DNA of 64,000 nt, from NCBI GenBank assembly GCA_964016885.1, contig OZ024760.1, positions 8,246,001 to 8,310,000 of the forward strand, given 5' to 3'. Within the stretch, counting starts at the first letter, position 1. Each line of letters starts with the position of its first letter. A program made the translations under genes and the position numbers. This document shows positions 1-14,949 of this stretch, piece by piece. The stretch is from Eledone cirrhosa. Taxonomy: Eukaryota. The notes beneath the pieces are model-generated. The model was not told the origin of the DNA and searched no databases. It saw nothing but the letters and a program-made list of their open reading frames with translations.

Positions 1-277
1 TCGAGGACATACCAGCATCCTCGCACCGGGTCGTCGGCCTTCACCCTCCCCACGATCTCCTGCATCATGGCCACCGTCCTCATCTCCTGGGAGATGCTAA
101 CCAACTTCTTTTATCAAAAGCTGGATTTGTTAATAATCTGATGTCACACAAACCAGAGAAATTGAGCCACTTGTGAGATGGTACTACTGCCAAGCACTCT
201 ATGGTAGATTTGCAATGAGTGGAGCTTAAACTGCAAGACTGATCAGACATGGCAGGATGCATGAAGACACACTCCAG

Positions 278-1150
278 CTAGTATTGTGAGGAGACAGACA
301 GTTCAAGTATCATAACTGTGAACATGCCTTTAAAACAAAGGTGGCATTGAAAGTTTTGAAAGCCAGCTAGGTCTTCCCGGAGGACAGAGTTGACGCAGCA
401 GCACAGTGCAGAATGCCTTGCTATCCTCACTGAATTTGAGCAACTCTGTAGAGATCTCATCCAGCCTGCCTGCATTGCCATTCCTCAAGTCGTTGATCGC
501 ATCTCTCATCTCTTGCTTGGTGATTTGGTCCTCGCAGACCATGAGTACCGCAGCGGTCTCTGTGGTCAAGTCTATCAGGGAGACTGGATTTGGTTGGTTC
601 AGCGTCACCCAGAAGCGCTCCATCCATCTCTGGTCCTGTTCTGCTCTAGTGGTCAATGTCTAGCCATTTTTGTCCTTCACTGGCATGTTGGCACTGCTCA
701 AATACCTCACGATGCCAAACAGTGTTTTCATGTCGTTCGGACCAGCTGCTTCCTCTGCCGCAGCACCTTTTTGCTCCAGCCAGACACGCTTGTCTTGCCG
801 GCAGCTTCACTTTACTCGTCAGTCGATTTGGCGGTATGCGGCATCTCTTTTCCCTTGGTCTTCCTCCAATCTGGCAGAATCTTGCTCAACTTTCGCCTTC
901 TTTTGTTCATCAATCAGGTCCCACGTTGGTACCTAGATCCATTGTTCTTTCCTCGTTCCTCACCTTCAGCCAACAGTTTCTTGTGCTGCTTCAGTCACTC
1001 CTGTCGCAAACACTGATCTTCCAGATCTGCAGGACTCTATTGTGCAGTGCCAGTTGCGCTTGACCAGGATCCTTCAGCTTCTCTACTGCATACGGTTTCG
1101 GTCTTTCTTTAGGCGCAGCTGAAGTTCGGCACTCGGTAGGGGGGTGGTCT
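278..1150 (-). mobile_element. Decayed non-LTR retrotransposon (RTE/CR1-like LINE) ORF2 fragment
   Basis: ITKQEMRDAINDLRNGNAGRLDEISTELLK resembles the pre-RT 'K(A/S)xGxDxIxxELLK' motif; the frame is broken. Confidence 0.7.
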
Positions 1151-1233
1151 GAACCACATATACACATTCATCATCATCATCATCATCATTTTACATTCGC
1201 TTTTCCCTGATATATATATATATGTATACACAT

Positions 1234-1269
<36 letters not shown>

Positions 1270-2074
1270 GGAGGGAGGATATTCCCAAAGTCCCAAACAA
1301 AGTGTAGTGACCTACATTCTGCGGGCTCACATACATTCTCTGTGCGTGATTTGGCTCAGCTCAGCCAATCAGCGCCAGTAGAAGAGGATGTATCCCTACG
1401 CGTTCTGAGGGAGAAATAGCCCGCAAAGATTTGAGGACGCTATGACTTCCAGCTAGACCGTGCTTAGGTAAACACCACTTGTTCTTTTGCTCCGCCAGCA
1501 CAAACAATATGTAATGACACAACAATTTTACTATGGAATTGGCTAAACGCCTCAGCCAGTCGACCACTTAATGTAAGGGACTATGAAGAAGGAGAAATTA
1601 AGACAAAGGGAATGAATTTACTTTAGATTTGAAAGAGTTCAGGTCATAAGAAGGAAGAGGAAAACAATGAGATGGAAGAATATTGATTTCTTTATTTATG
1701 TAGTTGGATATTGATTTCTTTATGAAATTAAAACATGGAAAATGTTTGTAAATTTTAAGTTTAACAATACTATTGTTTCAGTCCTTGTTTTGTTTGAGGA
1801 TCGGCAGGATTGGCAGAGTTCAAATCCCGCGTGAGGTTAACTTTGCCTTTCATCCTTACAGGATCAAAAAAATATTGAACTGCAGTAATTGCTGGCCTTG
1901 TGCCCAAAGTAGAAACAATTATATTTCTACTTATGAGAGAGTTGTAATCACCTGTGCAATACCGGGTAACTCAACGGATGTATAATAATCAGACGTTTCA
2001 AGTCAAACAGACAAACTTCTATTGTAAAGATAAGGGATTTCATTCATGTCATAACTTTTCCCAACAAAGCCGTT

Positions 2075-2664
<590 letters not shown>

Positions 2665-4935
2665 CTACTCTCCAGTATGAATATGTTTGTGAGTAGTCAG
2701 TGTATTATTTCGAGAGAATGATTTACCACAGATATCACATTGATATGGTTTTTCTCCTGTATGAATACGTTTGTGAGTAGTTAGTGTATTATTTTGAGAG
2801 AATGATTTACCACATATATCACAGTGGAATGGCTTCTCTCCTGTATGAATGAATTTGTGATCAGTTAGGTTACTATTATGAGAGAATGATTTACCACATA
2901 TATCACAGTGATATGGCTTCTCTCCTGTATGAATACGTTTGTGTTTATGTACGCTACTGCTATGAGAGAATGATTTACCACAGATGTCACAGTGATATGG
3001 TTCTTCTCCTCTATGAATACGTTTGTGAACAGTTAAGCTATTACTATGAGAAAATGATTTACCACAGATGTCACAGTGGTATGGCTTCTCTCCTGTATGA
3101 GTGCGTTGGTGAATAGTTAAGCTACTTAACACAGAGAATGATCTACCACAAGTATCACAGTTATGTGGCTTTTCTCCTGTATGAATACGTTGGTGAATAA
3201 TTAAAGGCCATTTTAGAGCAAATGATTTACCACAGATATCACAATGATAAGGCTTTTCTCCTGTATGAATGTGTTGGTGACTAATTAAATGCCGTTTTTG
3301 AGAGAATGATTTACCACAAATCTCACAGTGATATGGTTTCTCTCCAGTATGAATACGTTTGTGATTAGTTAGTGTATTATTTCGAGAGAATGATTCACCA
3401 CATATATCACAGTGGTATGGCTTCTCTCCTGTATGAATGCTTTTGTGTTTATTTATATGACCTATTTGAGAGAATGATTTACCACAGATGTCACAGCGAT
3501 ATGGTTTCTCTCCAGTATGAATACGTTTGTGATTAATTAAATGACATGTTACAGAAAATGATTTACCACAGATATTACAACAAAATGGCTTCTCTCCTGT
3601 GTGAATGCATTTGTGTCTAGTTAAGTCACTACTCGTCGTGAATAATTTACCACAGATGTCACAGTGATATGGCTTCTCTCCTGTATGAGAACAATTATGT
3701 ATTATTAAGCCGTTACTCTCAGAGAATGATAAACCACAGGTGTCACAGCAACATGGTTTCTCACCAGTATGAATACGATTATGTTTGTTTAACCTGCTGC
3801 TGTAAGAGAATGATTCACCACATATATCACAGTGGTATGGCTTCTCTCCTGTATGAATACGTTTGTGAGTAGTTAGTGTATTATTTCGAGAGAATGATTC
3901 ACCACATATATCACAGTGGTATGGTTTCTCTCCTGTATGAATGCGTTTGTGTTCATTTATGTGACCCATTTGAGAGAATGATTTACCACAGACGTCACAG
4001 CGATATGGCTTTTTCCCTGAATGGATATTTTTGTGTTTAGATAAGCTGCTACTATAAGAGAATGATTTACCACAGATATCACAGTTATGTGCTTTTTCTC
4101 CTCTACGTATACATTTGTGAGTAATTAATCTACTTAACACAGAGAATGATTTACGACAGATATCACAGTTATGTGCCTTTTCTCCTCTACGTATACATTT
4201 GTGAGTAATTAATCTACTTAACACAGAGAATGATTTACCACAGATACCACAGACATGTGGTTTTTCTCCTGCATGAATATGTTGGTGACTAATTAAATGC
4301 CATTTTTGAGAGAATGATTTACCACAGATATCACAGAGATATGGTTTCTCTCCTGTATGAATACGTTTGTGAGTAGTTAGTGCATTATTTCGAGAGAATG
4401 ATTTACCACAGATATCACAGTGGAATGGTGTCTCTCCTGTATGAATATAATTGTGGCTAGTTAGACTACATGACTGAGAGAATGATTTACCACAGATATT
4501 ACAGTGATATGGTTTCTCTCCAGTATGAACACGTTTGTGAATAATTAAATGACTTGTTTCAGAAAATGATTTACCACAGATATTACAACAAAATGGCTTC
4601 TCTCCTGTGTGAATGCGTTTGTGTCTAGTTAAGTCACCACTCATCGTGAATGATTTACCACAGATGTCACAGTGATATGGCTTCTCTCCTGTATGAGAAC
4701 GTTTGTGTATTATTAAGCTGCTATTCTCAGAGAATGATGAACCGCAGATGTCACAGTGATATGGTTTCTCACCAGTATGAATACGATTATGTTTAGTTAA
4801 GCTGCTACTGTGAGAGAATGATTTACCACAGATATCACAGTGATAAATTATCTCTCCTTTGTGAATACGTTTGTGTGTAGTAAGTTCACTGTTTCTAGAG
4901 AATGATTTACCACAGATATCACAGTGATAAGGCAT
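2665..4935 (-). CDS. C2H2 zinc-finger array protein, copy A (27 fingers, 756 aa ORF; ancestral start at 5040 is cut off by an in-frame TAA at 5014-5016)
   Basis: Repeated CxxCGKSFS...[11 protein letters not shown] units; no KRAB/SCAN domain; candidate acceptor ttatttcag at 5162-5170. Confidence 0.9.
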   Translation of the reverse strand: MPYHCDICGKSFSRNSELTTHKRIHKGEIIYHCDICGKSFSHSSSLTKHNRIHTGEKPYHCDICGSSFSENSSLIIHKRSHTGEKPYHCDICGKSFTMSGDLTRHKRIHTGEKPFCCNICGKSFSETSHLIIHKRVHTGEKPYHCNICGKSFSQSCSLTSHNYIHTGETPFHCDICGKSFSRNNALTTHKRIHTGEKPYLCDICGKSFSQKWHLISHQHIHAGEKPHVCGICGKSFSVLSRLITHKCIRRGEKAHNCDICRKSFSVLSRLITHKCIRRGEKAHNCDICGKSFSYSSSLSKHKNIHSGKKPYRCDVCGKSFSQMGHINEHKRIHTGEKPYHCDICGESFSRNNTLTTHKRIHTGEKPYHCDICGESFSYSSRLNKHNRIHTGEKPCCCDTCGLSFSESNGLIIHNCSHTGEKPYHCDICGKLFTTSSDLTRHKCIHTGEKPFCCNICGKSFSVTCHLINHKRIHTGEKPYRCDICGKSFSQIGHINKHKSIHTGEKPYHCDICGESFSRNNTLTNHKRIHTGEKPYHCEICGKSFSQKRHLISHQHIHTGEKPYHCDICGKSFALKWPLIIHQRIHTGEKPHNCDTCGRSFSVLSSLTIHQRTHTGEKPYHCDICGKSFSHSNSLTVHKRIHRGEEPYHCDICGKSFSHSSSVHKHKRIHTGEKPYHCDICGKSFSHNSNLTDHKFIHTGEKPFHCDICGKSFSQNNTLTTHKRIHTGEKPYQCDICGKSFSRNNTLTTHKHIHTGE

Positions 4936-5507
4936 CTCTCCTGTATGAGTACGTTTGTGTATAGTAAAGTCACTGTTTCCAGAGAATGATTTACCACATA
5001 TGTCACAGTTGTATTATGCTTTTTCTATAACTTTTGACATTTTTTTACAGGAAAAAACTATCAATCAATTACGTTTTCCCCATAATTCATTCTTTGATGA
5101 TTTTTACTTCTCTGTCATCAATATATGGATATTTTTCTTGGTTTTGTTTATATAAGGTATTCTGAAATAATAAAGAAACAATATGAGATATAGAGATTAT
5201 TTAAAAACTAAAGCTACAATGGTGAACATTTTACTACATTTCCTTTTTGATAAACTACAGACATAAATATTTAAACTTTACACATATAAATATTTTACTA
5301 TATAGACATATATATATTTTCAACTTTACAGATATAAATATTTTACTATATAGACATATATAGATATTTATTTTTACAGATATAAATATTTTACTTTACA
5401 GATATAAATATCTAACATTAGAGACATATATATATATTTAACTTTACTTTTTAATTTGTTACTTTATACAAGTTTGTGGGAAGTCTACATATTTGTAATG
5501 TATATCT

Positions 5508-5750
5508 ACACCTCCAGATTATGTAACCTTATATATATATTAAACTACAGCTACACCTCCAGATTATGTAACATTATATATATCTTAAACTACAGCTATA
5601 GCTCCAGATTATGTAACATATATATATATATTAAACTACAGCTACACCTCCAGATTATGTAAACTTATATATATATTAAACTACAGCTACACCTCCAGAT
5701 TATGTAATATTATATGTTACACTACGGCTACACCTCCAGATTGTGTAACT
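5508..5750. repeat. ~43-45 bp minisatellite (ctacagctacacctccagattatgtaac...), ~5 copies; paralog at 14670-14920
   Basis: Direct tandem repeats visible in both duplication copies. Confidence 0.85.
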
Positions 5751-5776
5751 ATATTTGTATATCATTATGTATGTAT

Positions 5777-5963
5777 AGGTTGGATTGGCAGTATAGGTAG
5801 AGGGTCGGACGCCATGCTTTCCAGCATCGTTACATCCCTTTACGATTTGAGTTCAAATGCCGCCGAGGTTGACTTTGCCTTTCATCCTTACGGGGTCGAT
5901 AAAATAAAGTACCAGTAATACACTGGCTAATTGCTGGCCTTGTGCCTAAAGTAGAAACAATTA
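5777..5963 (+). mobile_element. tRNA-derived SINE
   Basis: TGGCAGTATAGG A box, GTTCAAATGC B box, family core and tail. Confidence 0.9.
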
Positions 5964-6109
5964 TATATGTATAGATATTGATTATACGAACTTCCACGTA
6001 AAATTCTTTGAATTATTCTATATATAACTCTGTTGAAACATGTGTAAGGGATTAGAAATGATTTAAAAGTTAAATTTTCCATCTCTCTATATCTGATTAC
6101 ACATGTTTC

Positions 6110-6870
6110 AGATACGTGTTTCCCCAGCTCGTCTCCTTGACGGAGCTGAAGTCCTGGGTCAAGCGAAAACCGAGAGGGAAGGCTTGGAGTCTGGAATGTC
6201 TTCAGGTGCTTACAGCCCTCGACCAGTCGAGCAATGTGATCGGTGGAAACTCCACCTTGGCGTTCTATAGGGGATTAGTGGAGGGAAAGAGCGACGATGT
6301 CCTTGGGGAGACTCTGGACGTCGACGAAAATCAACTAGTCAATCTCTTCGGGAGAACTTTCAGCTGAGTCCATCGTGAGGATTGCCCCGCCGCCTTCTTT
6401 TAGCTGGGAAGGGCAGGCAGTTTTTATCTGCCTAATAGCCATGGTAAAAGAGATCATATAGTGGACATGTCTGAAAGTGTTGAAGACGGGTACTTTCCTC
6501 TTCAGTGATGCCCTCATTAAGTTTTTCAGGTTTCACCTGAAAAGAAAAATCAGGGTGGAGGGGAAGTGCTCTCTTCCCAGCATTTTGTTGAAAGATGGAG
6601 AGAGGCACGCATGTCCCGAGTAAATGGGCCTAATCTGAGTATGCGCTTGTAAATTGAAGGTGGAAAACTGGGAGAGGGCACTTTCACCTGGTGGTTAGGC
6701 TTTTTTAATGGGCTTTCTCCACGAATGTCCCTCGGAAGTCTCCCCTCATTTGGGGAATTTTTTATTGTTTCTTTTTTAGTTACATCTTCTGTTTTTATTT
6801 TTTTTTACACGCAGAAATGCCTATTTGTACCGTCCTGTGTTGTCCTTAATGTTTTACCTTGTATCAACCC
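6110..6870 (+). mobile_element. Tx1/L1-like LINE 3' fragment, decayed
   Basis: FYRGLVEGKSDDVLGETLDVDENQLVNLFGRTF is homologous to the 16635-16826 fragment, which carries a CCHC zf-RVT motif; T-rich 3' UTR. Confidence 0.65.
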
Positions 6871-7380
6871 TTGTGGTTAATAAAGAGACCATTATTAATA
6901 TTCCTCATATAAGTGGTCACATCATCAGTATGCGAAATGACATTGCTTCCACTATTACCATGATTATTATTGTTGTAGTTACTATCACTATAATAATAAT
7001 AATTATTATTATTATTATCTGTATTACTAGAAGTAGAATTAATGGGCATTCTATTGTTTGTATCAAAGGAAGGTTTAATTTTAGAGAGCTTCCTGTGGTT
7101 ACTGAGTGCTATGTGGTCCGCGAAGATTGGGGTTGTAGAGTAAGAGATTTTAATATTATTTTTGTTAAGGATCCTATTGTACTTATGGTTTGGTGGGAAG
7201 TTTTTCTCCAAGATGCCGAAAAAGATTTTAGGTATATTAGAGGTAATGCTCTTGGAGTACAGAGGAAGATACCATGAAATATTATGGCGGACTCTTCTCT
7301 GTGGTGCCCTGAAGTTGACGTGGTCATTAATGCCATAATGGGTATTATTTGTGCTGCTACCAAGACCGGACCCTTATTGT
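6870..7380 (-). mobile_element. Penelope-like retroelement fragment
   Basis: MEKNFPPNHKYNRILNKNNIKISYS matches the PLE linker motif (HFPxxHKxxKIFNRNxxKxSYS) that precedes GIY-YIG. Confidence 0.65.
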
Positions 7381-7407
7381 ATCATTATTTTCGATATAAA
7401 TCGTCTA

Positions 7408-7476
<69 letters not shown>

Positions 7477-7480
7477 CGTG

Positions 7481-7546
<66 letters not shown>

Positions 7547-8477
7547 CCCAGTATTGTAAACGATAACAGTTTTCTATAATATTATACATCATTCACTAAT
7601 AAATATAGTGGTTCTCCAGTGTGATTATATTTGTGTGTGTATGCGTATAGTTGTTCAATATATGATGTATGTATACATCTATATTCGCTTCTTCGATATT
7701 TTCCATTAGAGAACATTGTAGAAGCCAATCGATATAACAGAATGTTATGGTAATTTGTTAAATAGTTTTAGTTTTGGGGGAAGAAAAAAATATATCCTTG
7801 GACGACGTGTTGCCACCCCTGGAAATAATCAATAATTTAAGTTCGATACTGAATTAATTGCATGCTTTCTTATTTGATAGACTAAGCTTTAATTTCAAGC
7901 TTACTTGTTACTTTACGTTAGGCAATCAACGCCACCACCAAAATTAGTAACCCTATAACTTGGAGATTGTCAAATATTCTAATATTTCAGTATTTAAAAC
8001 AACGAAGTACGATAGAATTATAAACATATTAAAAGTACTTACATGATGTTATCGTGACCTATGGTGTTCATAAAAGAGATTTAGAGGAGAAAATACCTCG
8101 AAGTTCACAAAGAAGTTACGAAGACATATTTTGAAAACTTAACATCAGTTTAGAGATTTATTTTAAGACGTATTTTCGTACTCAAGTTTTTTTAAAACGA
8201 CTCCTGAACTCTGCCGGTGTGTAAACGATAAAATATTGAATACAACTTCAATATAATATATAAGATTGGATGACAACAATATAATGACTGTATATTTATG
8301 ACCATATATTTGTCTATATATATGTATGGTCATGTAAATCCTGATTGAGTTGTAAGGCTGTGGGGGCTCTGTCATGACATACGATGTGTGAGCACGAGAG
8401 GGACGGAGAGAAAGTGTGTGTATGGGGGCGGGGCTTTGTCACAATTGAAATGGGAAAGCTACTGCACTTACTACAAT

Positions 8478-8697
8478 TCAGCTAGCTCACTCAGTGAGCC
8501 ATGCCTCACCCACGTGGGTATAATCTGTTCGCCAAGTATAATCTGTTCGTCCGTCCGTCGCGGGTCACAGACGAAAGAGAGCCCACATACGCGCCTGGGT
8601 ACGCATCTCACATCACTTCCTCCTCCGGTCAATCGTCCCCAACTTCTGGTCACCTCCTCCATACCATCTCCACACACACCCCTGATCTCAAGGATCA
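8478..8697 (-). mobile_element. Putative 3' LTR (possibly truncated) of Gypsy element
   Basis: Minus strand reads polypurine tract GAGGGGGAGA (~8699-8708) then TG; homology with copy B flank is lost at ~8477. Confidence 0.55.
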
Positions 8698-10165
8698 ATC
8701 TCCCCCTCACATTGCTTCATGTGATAATCTGCCGTCCATCCAGGCGGTCGGCGATCTCGTTGCGATCTCCGTAATGTTGGGGCGGGGCTTTGAATTTCTT
8801 CTTCCTCGGAGTCCGTCGACACAACGATTCTACGGACATCCAGGGTATGACATGGCACTCCGTCCACGGACACGTTATTCTGGGAATTTGCGGCCGTTAG
8901 CGATCCCTTTCCCCATTGAGATGTGCAACGTGCGTCTGGGGGCTTAAACCAGACTTCTTCGCCCACCTGTACGAATGTGTTCTCTCTCTCCGCTGGCGAT
9001 TGTGGTACAGTGCAAGGGTGCCGCCACTCGTATCTGTATATTGCTCTGTGTGGCACCGATTCCTCAACCTGTCCCACCCGAGGGGACATGTACCAAAACA
9101 CTGCCTCCATTGATGAGATGTGCCCCCGCTCTGCCATTGCTTTGATTGTGCAGTGGTGACAACCCACGATTCCATTTCCGCTCGGCCTGTATGCTGCTCT
9201 GCAGAAGTGGTCCACCTTCCACCCATCAAGCATCTTCCTCAGCGCCTCCGAGCGGAACACTGCGCTGTTGTCCATCACCAGTTTATCCACAGGGCCCCGC
9301 TCCAAGAATATCTCTCTCAACGTCCATGTGATTTCCTCCGCAGTTCTCGTCTTTATTTCCCTCCATATCACCATCTGTCCCGGTCCATAGTCAACCATCG
9401 AGAGGTATGTTCCCTGTCGGTAGTGTGTTACGTCGACCGCCAATCGCTTCCAGTAGCGATCCACCGGGAGACTTCCCGTCTCGTGCACACCCGGGTCAGG
9501 ATCGATAGACTGACATTGGACGCAGCCTCTGACCACTGTCTGGACACTGTGTCTGCTAACGTCAGAGTCGATTCTTCTGGCTAGGAACAGGGTCCTATCC
9601 ACTCCCATGTGGTGCATGTCATGCAACCCTTTAAGTTCCGATTCACTCAGCCGACACACAGCAGCTATCCCCTCTTCTACATCCTCCGACGCTTCCATCC
9701 AGGCTTTCTTCACCCTGGTTAGAATGTCTGCTCTATTTTTCTCTGAGGGCACGAAGACCACACTCAACCTCAGGTCGAACTCGGCGGCCAACTCTCCTAG
9801 AGTTCTGAGGCGGTGCTTTATCAGCATTTCCGCGCTCCTCTCGTTCGCACTCTCTTCTCACTGGTAAGCACTGATCTCACCCATCCAAGTGCAGTGGCTG
9901 AGTCGGTGTGAATCTCAATGGTGCGCAGTCCCCACCTCAAGGCGAGGTTCACTCTTCTCAACACTGCATCCAGCTCGGCCACATTGATGTGGTTGCAATC
10001 ATCCTTCTTCCTGAGCCAGGCTGCATCCTCGACATCTAACACTATGCTGCTGGCATCACACCATACGGTCCCCGCTCTGCAATTTGAGGACATACCAGCA
10101 TCCTCGCACCGGGTCGTCGGCCTTCACCCTCCCCACGATCTCCTGCATCATGGCCACCGTCCTCA
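8688..10165 (-). mobile_element. Ty3/Gypsy LTR retrotransposon pol fragment: RNase H (9821-10093, frameshifted) and integrase (8688-9827)
   Basis: RNase H motifs VWCDASS, INVAELDAVL, IHTDSAT; integrase HHCC (HDMHHMG...CVQC) and core LAVDVTH...VMDNSAVF...YRPSGNG. The last catalytic E is apparently lost. Confidence 0.9.
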
Positions 10166-10360
10166 TCTCCTGGGAGATGCTAACCAACTTCTTTTATCAA
10201 AAGCTGGATTTGTTAATAATCTGATGTCACACAAACCAGAGAAATTGAGCCACTTGTGAGATGGTACTACTGCCAAGCACTCTATGGTAGATTTGCAATG
10301 AGTGGAGCTTAAACTGCAAGACTGATCAGACATGGCAGGATGCATGAAGACACACTCCAG

Positions 10361-11235
10361 CTAGTATTGTGAGGAGACAGACAGTTCAAGTATCATAACT
10401 GTGAACATGCCTTTAAAACAAAGGTGGCATTGAAAGTTTTGAAAGCCAGCTAGTTCTTCCCGGAGGACAGAGTTGACGCAGCAGCACAGTGCAGAATGCC
10501 TTGCTATCCTCACTGAATTTGAGCAACTCTGTAGAGATCTCATCCAGTCTGCCTGCATTGCCATTCCTCAAGTCGTTGATCGCATCTCTCATCTCTTGCT
10601 TGGTGATTTGGTCCTCGCAGACCTTGAATACCGCAGCGGTCTCTGTGGTCAAGTCTATCAGGGAGACTGGATTTGGTTGGTTCAGCGTCACCCAGAAGCG
10701 CTCCATCCATCTCTGGTCCTGTTCTGCTCCAGTGGTCAATGTCTAGCCATTTTTGTCCTTCACTGCTCAAATACCTCACGATGCCGAACACTGTTTTCAT
10801 GTCGTTCGGACCAGCTGCTTCCTCTGCCGCAGCACCTTTTTGCTCCAGCCAGACACGCTTGTCTTGCCGGCAGCTTCACTTTACTCGGCAGTCGATTTGG
10901 CGGTATGCGGCATCTCTTTTCCCTTGGTCTTCCTCCAATCTGGCAGAATCTTGCTCAACTTTCGCCTTCTTTTGTTCATCAATCAGGTCCCACGTTGGTA
11001 CCTAGATCCATTGTTCTTTCCTCATTCCTCACCTTCAGCCAACAGTTTCTTGTGCTGCTTCAGTCACTCCTGTCGCAAACACTGATCTTCCAGATCTGCA
11101 GCCTCACTCAACTGCAGGACTCTATTGTGCAGTGCCAGTTGCACTTGACCAGGATCCTTCAGCTTCTCTACTGCATACGGTTTCGGTCTTTCTTTAGGCG
11201 CAGCTGAAGTTCGGCACTCAGTAGGGGGGTGGTCT
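10361..11235 (-). mobile_element. Decayed LINE ORF2 fragment (duplicate of 278-1150)
   Basis: Near-identical to copy A. Confidence 0.7.
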
Positions 11236-12427
11236 GAACCACATATACACATTCATCATCATCATCATCATCATCATTTTACATTCGCTTTTCCCTGATA
11301 TATATATATATATGTATACACATTATATATATATATGAGAGAGAGAGAGAGGGAGGATATTCCCAAAGTCCCAAACAAAGTGGAGTGACCTACATTCCGC
11401 AGGCTCACATACATTCTCTGTGCGTGATTTGGCTCAGCTCAGCCAATCAGCGCCAGTAGAAGAGGATGTATTCCTACGCGTTCTGAGGGAGAAATAGCCC
11501 GCAAAGATTTGAGGACGCTATGACTTCCAGCTAGACCGTGCTTAGGTAAACACCACTTGTTCTTTTGCTCCGCCAGCACAAACAATATGTAATGACACAA
11601 CAATTTTACTATGGAATTGGCTAAACGCCTCAGCCAGTCGACCACTTAATGTAAGGGACTATGAAGGAGGAGAAATTAAGACAAAGGGAATGAATTTACT
11701 TTAGATTTGAAAGAGTTCAGGTCATAAGAAGGAAGAGGAAAACAATGAGATGGAAGAATATTGATTTCTTTATTTATGTAGTTGGATATTGATTTCTTTA
11801 TGAAATTAAAACATGGAAAATGTTTGTAAATTTTAAGTTTAACAATACTATTGTTTCAGTCCATGTTTTGTTTGAGGATCGGCAGGATTGGCAGAGTTCA
11901 AATCCCGCGTGAGGTTAACTTTGCCTTTCATCCTTACAGGATCAAAAAAATATTGAACTGCAGTAATTGCTGGCCTTGTGCCCAAAGTAGAAACAATTAT
12001 ATTTCTACTTATGAGAGAGTTGTAATCACCTGTGCAATACCGGGTAACTCAACGTATGTATAATAATCAGACGTTTCAAGTCAAACAGACAAACTTCTAT
12101 TGTGAAGATAAGGGATTTCATTCATGTCACAACTTTTCCCATCAAAGCCGTTATTTTTCTGTATCAATACAATTGTGTTTAGTTAAATGATGTTTCTGAG
12201 AGAAAGATTTACTACAGATATCACAGTGATATGGTTTCTCTCCTGTATGAATACGTAGGTGAATAGTTAGTACATTATTTTGAGAGAATGATTTACCACA
12301 TATGTCACAGTGGTATGGCTTCTCTCTTGTATGAACACGTTGATGAATAGTTAAGTGGCCAGCTCCAGAAAATGATTTACCACATGTCACATTGATATGG
12401 TTTTTCTCCTGTATGTTGGTGAGTAGT

Positions 12428-12617
12428 TAATGTTTCTATTTTAGGCACAAGGCCAGCAATTATCCAGTACATTACTGGTACTTTATTTTATCGACCCCGT
12501 AAGGTTGAAAGGCAAAGTTAACCTCGGCGGGATTTGAACTTAGATCATAAAGGGACATAACTCTATGCTTCAAAGCATGGTGTCCGACTCTCTACCGATA
12601 CTGCCAATCCACCGCCC
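12428..12617 (-). mobile_element. tRNA-derived SINE in degenerate ZNF tail (same insertion as 2275-2461)
   Basis: Same site and sequence as in copy A. Confidence 0.9.
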
Positions 12618-12647
12618 TTTTGAGATAATGATTTACCACATATGTCA

Positions 12648-12824
<177 letters not shown>

Positions 12825-14276
12825 CTACTCTCCTGTATGAATACGTTTGTGAGTAGTCAGTGTATTATTTTGAGAAAATGATTTACCACAGATATCACAT
12901 TGATATGGTTTTTCTCCTGTATGAATACGTTTGTGAGTAGTTAGTGTATTATTTTGAGAGAATGATTTACCACATATATCACAGTGGAATGGCTTCTCTC
13001 CTGTATGAATGAATTTGTGATCAGTTAGGTTACTATTATGAGAGAATGATTTACCACATATATCACAGTGATATGGCTTCTCTCCTGTATGAATACGTTT
13101 GTGTTTATGTACGCTACTACTATGAGAGAATGATTTACCACAGATGTCACAGTGATATGGTTCTTCTCCTCTATGAATACGTTTGTGAACAATTAAGCTA
13201 TTACTATGAGAAAATGATTTACCACAGATGTCACAGTGGTATGGCTTCTCTCCTGTATGAGTGCGTTGGTGAATAGTTAAGCTACTTAACACAGAGAATG
13301 ATCTACCACAAGTATCACAGTTATGTGGCTTTTCTCCTGTATGAATACGTTGGTGAATAATTAAAGGCCATTTTAGAGCAAATGATTTACCACAGATATC
13401 ACAATGATATGGCTTTTCTCCTGTATGAATGTGTTGGTGACTAATTAAATGCCGTTTTTGAGAGAATGATTTACCACAAATCTCACAGTGATATGGTTTC
13501 TCTCCTGTATGAATACGTTTGTGAGTAGTTAGTGTATTATTTCGAGAGAATGATTCACCACATATATCACAGTGGTATGGCTTCTCTCCTGTATGAATGC
13601 GTTTGTGTTTATTTATATGACCTATTTGAGAGAATGATTTACCACAGATGTCACAGCGATATGGTTTCTCTCCAGTATGAATACGTTTGTGATTAATTAA
13701 ATGACATGTTACAGAAAATGATTTACCACAGATATTACAACAAAATGGCTTCTCTCCTGTGTGAATGCATTTGTGTCTAGTTAAGTCACTACTCGTCGTG
13801 AATGATTTACCACAGATGTCACAGTGATATGGCTTCTCTCCTGTATGAGAACAATTATGTATTATTAAGCCGTTACTCTCAGAGAATGATAAACCACAGG
13901 TGTCGCAGCAACATGGTTTCTTACCAGTATGAATACGATTATGTTTCTTTAACCTGCTACTGTAGGAGAATGATTGACCACATATATCACAGTGGTATGG
14001 TTTCTCTCCTGTATGAATGCGTTTGTGTTCATTCATGTGACCTATTTGAGAGAATGATTTACCACAGATGTCACAGCGATATGGTTTTTCTCCTGTATGA
14101 GAACGTTTGTGTATTTTTAAGCTGCTATTGTGAGAGAATGATTTACCACAGATATCACAGTTATAAAACATCTCTCCTGTATGAGTATGTTTGTGTGTAG
14201 TAAAGTCACTGTTTCCAGAGAATGATTTACCACAGATGTCACAGTTGTATGATGTTTTTTCTATAACTTTTGACAT
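12825..14276 (-). CDS. C2H2 zinc-finger array protein, copy B (17 fingers, 483 aa)
   Basis: [10 protein letters not shown] followed by 17 CxxC-12-HxxxH fingers with TGEKP linkers; candidate acceptor ttatttcag at ~14364. Confidence 0.92.
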   Translation of the reverse strand: MSKVIEKTSYNCDICGKSFSGNSDFTTHKHTHTGEMFYNCDICGKSFSHNSSLKIHKRSHTGEKPYRCDICGKSFSQIGHMNEHKRIHTGEKPYHCDICGQSFSYSSRLKKHNRIHTGKKPCCCDTCGLSFSESNGLIIHNCSHTGEKPYHCDICGKSFTTSSDLTRHKCIHTGEKPFCCNICGKSFSVTCHLINHKRIHTGEKPYRCDICGKSFSQIGHINKHKRIHTGEKPYHCDICGESFSRNNTLTTHKRIHTGEKPYHCEICGKSFSQKRHLISHQHIHTGEKPYHCDICGKSFALKWPLIIHQRIHTGEKPHNCDTCGRSFSVLSSLTIHQRTHTGEKPYHCDICGKSFSHSNSLIVHKRIHRGEEPYHCDICGKSFSHSSSVHKHKRIHTGEKPYHCDICGKSFSHNSNLTDHKFIHTGEKPFHCDICGKSFSQNNTLTTHKRIHTGEKPYQCDICGKSFSQNNTLTTHKRIHTGE

Positions 14277-14949
14277 TTTCCCCCATAATTCATTCTTTGA
14301 TCATATTTCTTCTCTCTCATCAATATATTGATATTTTTCTTGGTTTTACTTATATAAGGTCTTCTGAAATAATAAAGAAACATTATGAGATATAGAGATT
14401 ATTTAAAAATTAAAGATTCATTTTACTACATTTCCTTTTTGATAAACTACAGATATAAATATTTAAACTTTACACATATAAATATTTTACTTTACAGATA
14501 TATATATTTATCTTTACAGATATAAATATTTTACTATATAGACATATATAAATATGTATCTTTACAGATATAAATATTTAACATTAGAAACATATATACT
14601 TAACTTTACTTTTTAATTTGTTTCTTTATACAAGTTTGTGGGAAGTCTACATATTTGTAACGTATATATACACCTCCAGATTATGTAACATTATATATAT
14701 ATATTAAACTACAGCTACACCTCCAGATTATGTAACATTATATACATATTAAACTACAGCTATAGCTCCAGATTATGTAACCTTATATATATATATTAAA
14801 CTACAGCTACACCTCCAGATTATGTAACATTATATACATATTAAACTACAGCTATAGCTCCAGATTGTGTAACCTTATACATATGTTAAACTACAGCTAC
14901 ACGTTCAGATTGTGTAACTATATTTGTATATCATTATGTATGTATAGAT

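Noticed and set aside
5777-5870. tRNA genes suggested by A/B boxes
   Set aside because: These are SINE heads followed by core and tail, with no clean cloverleaf.
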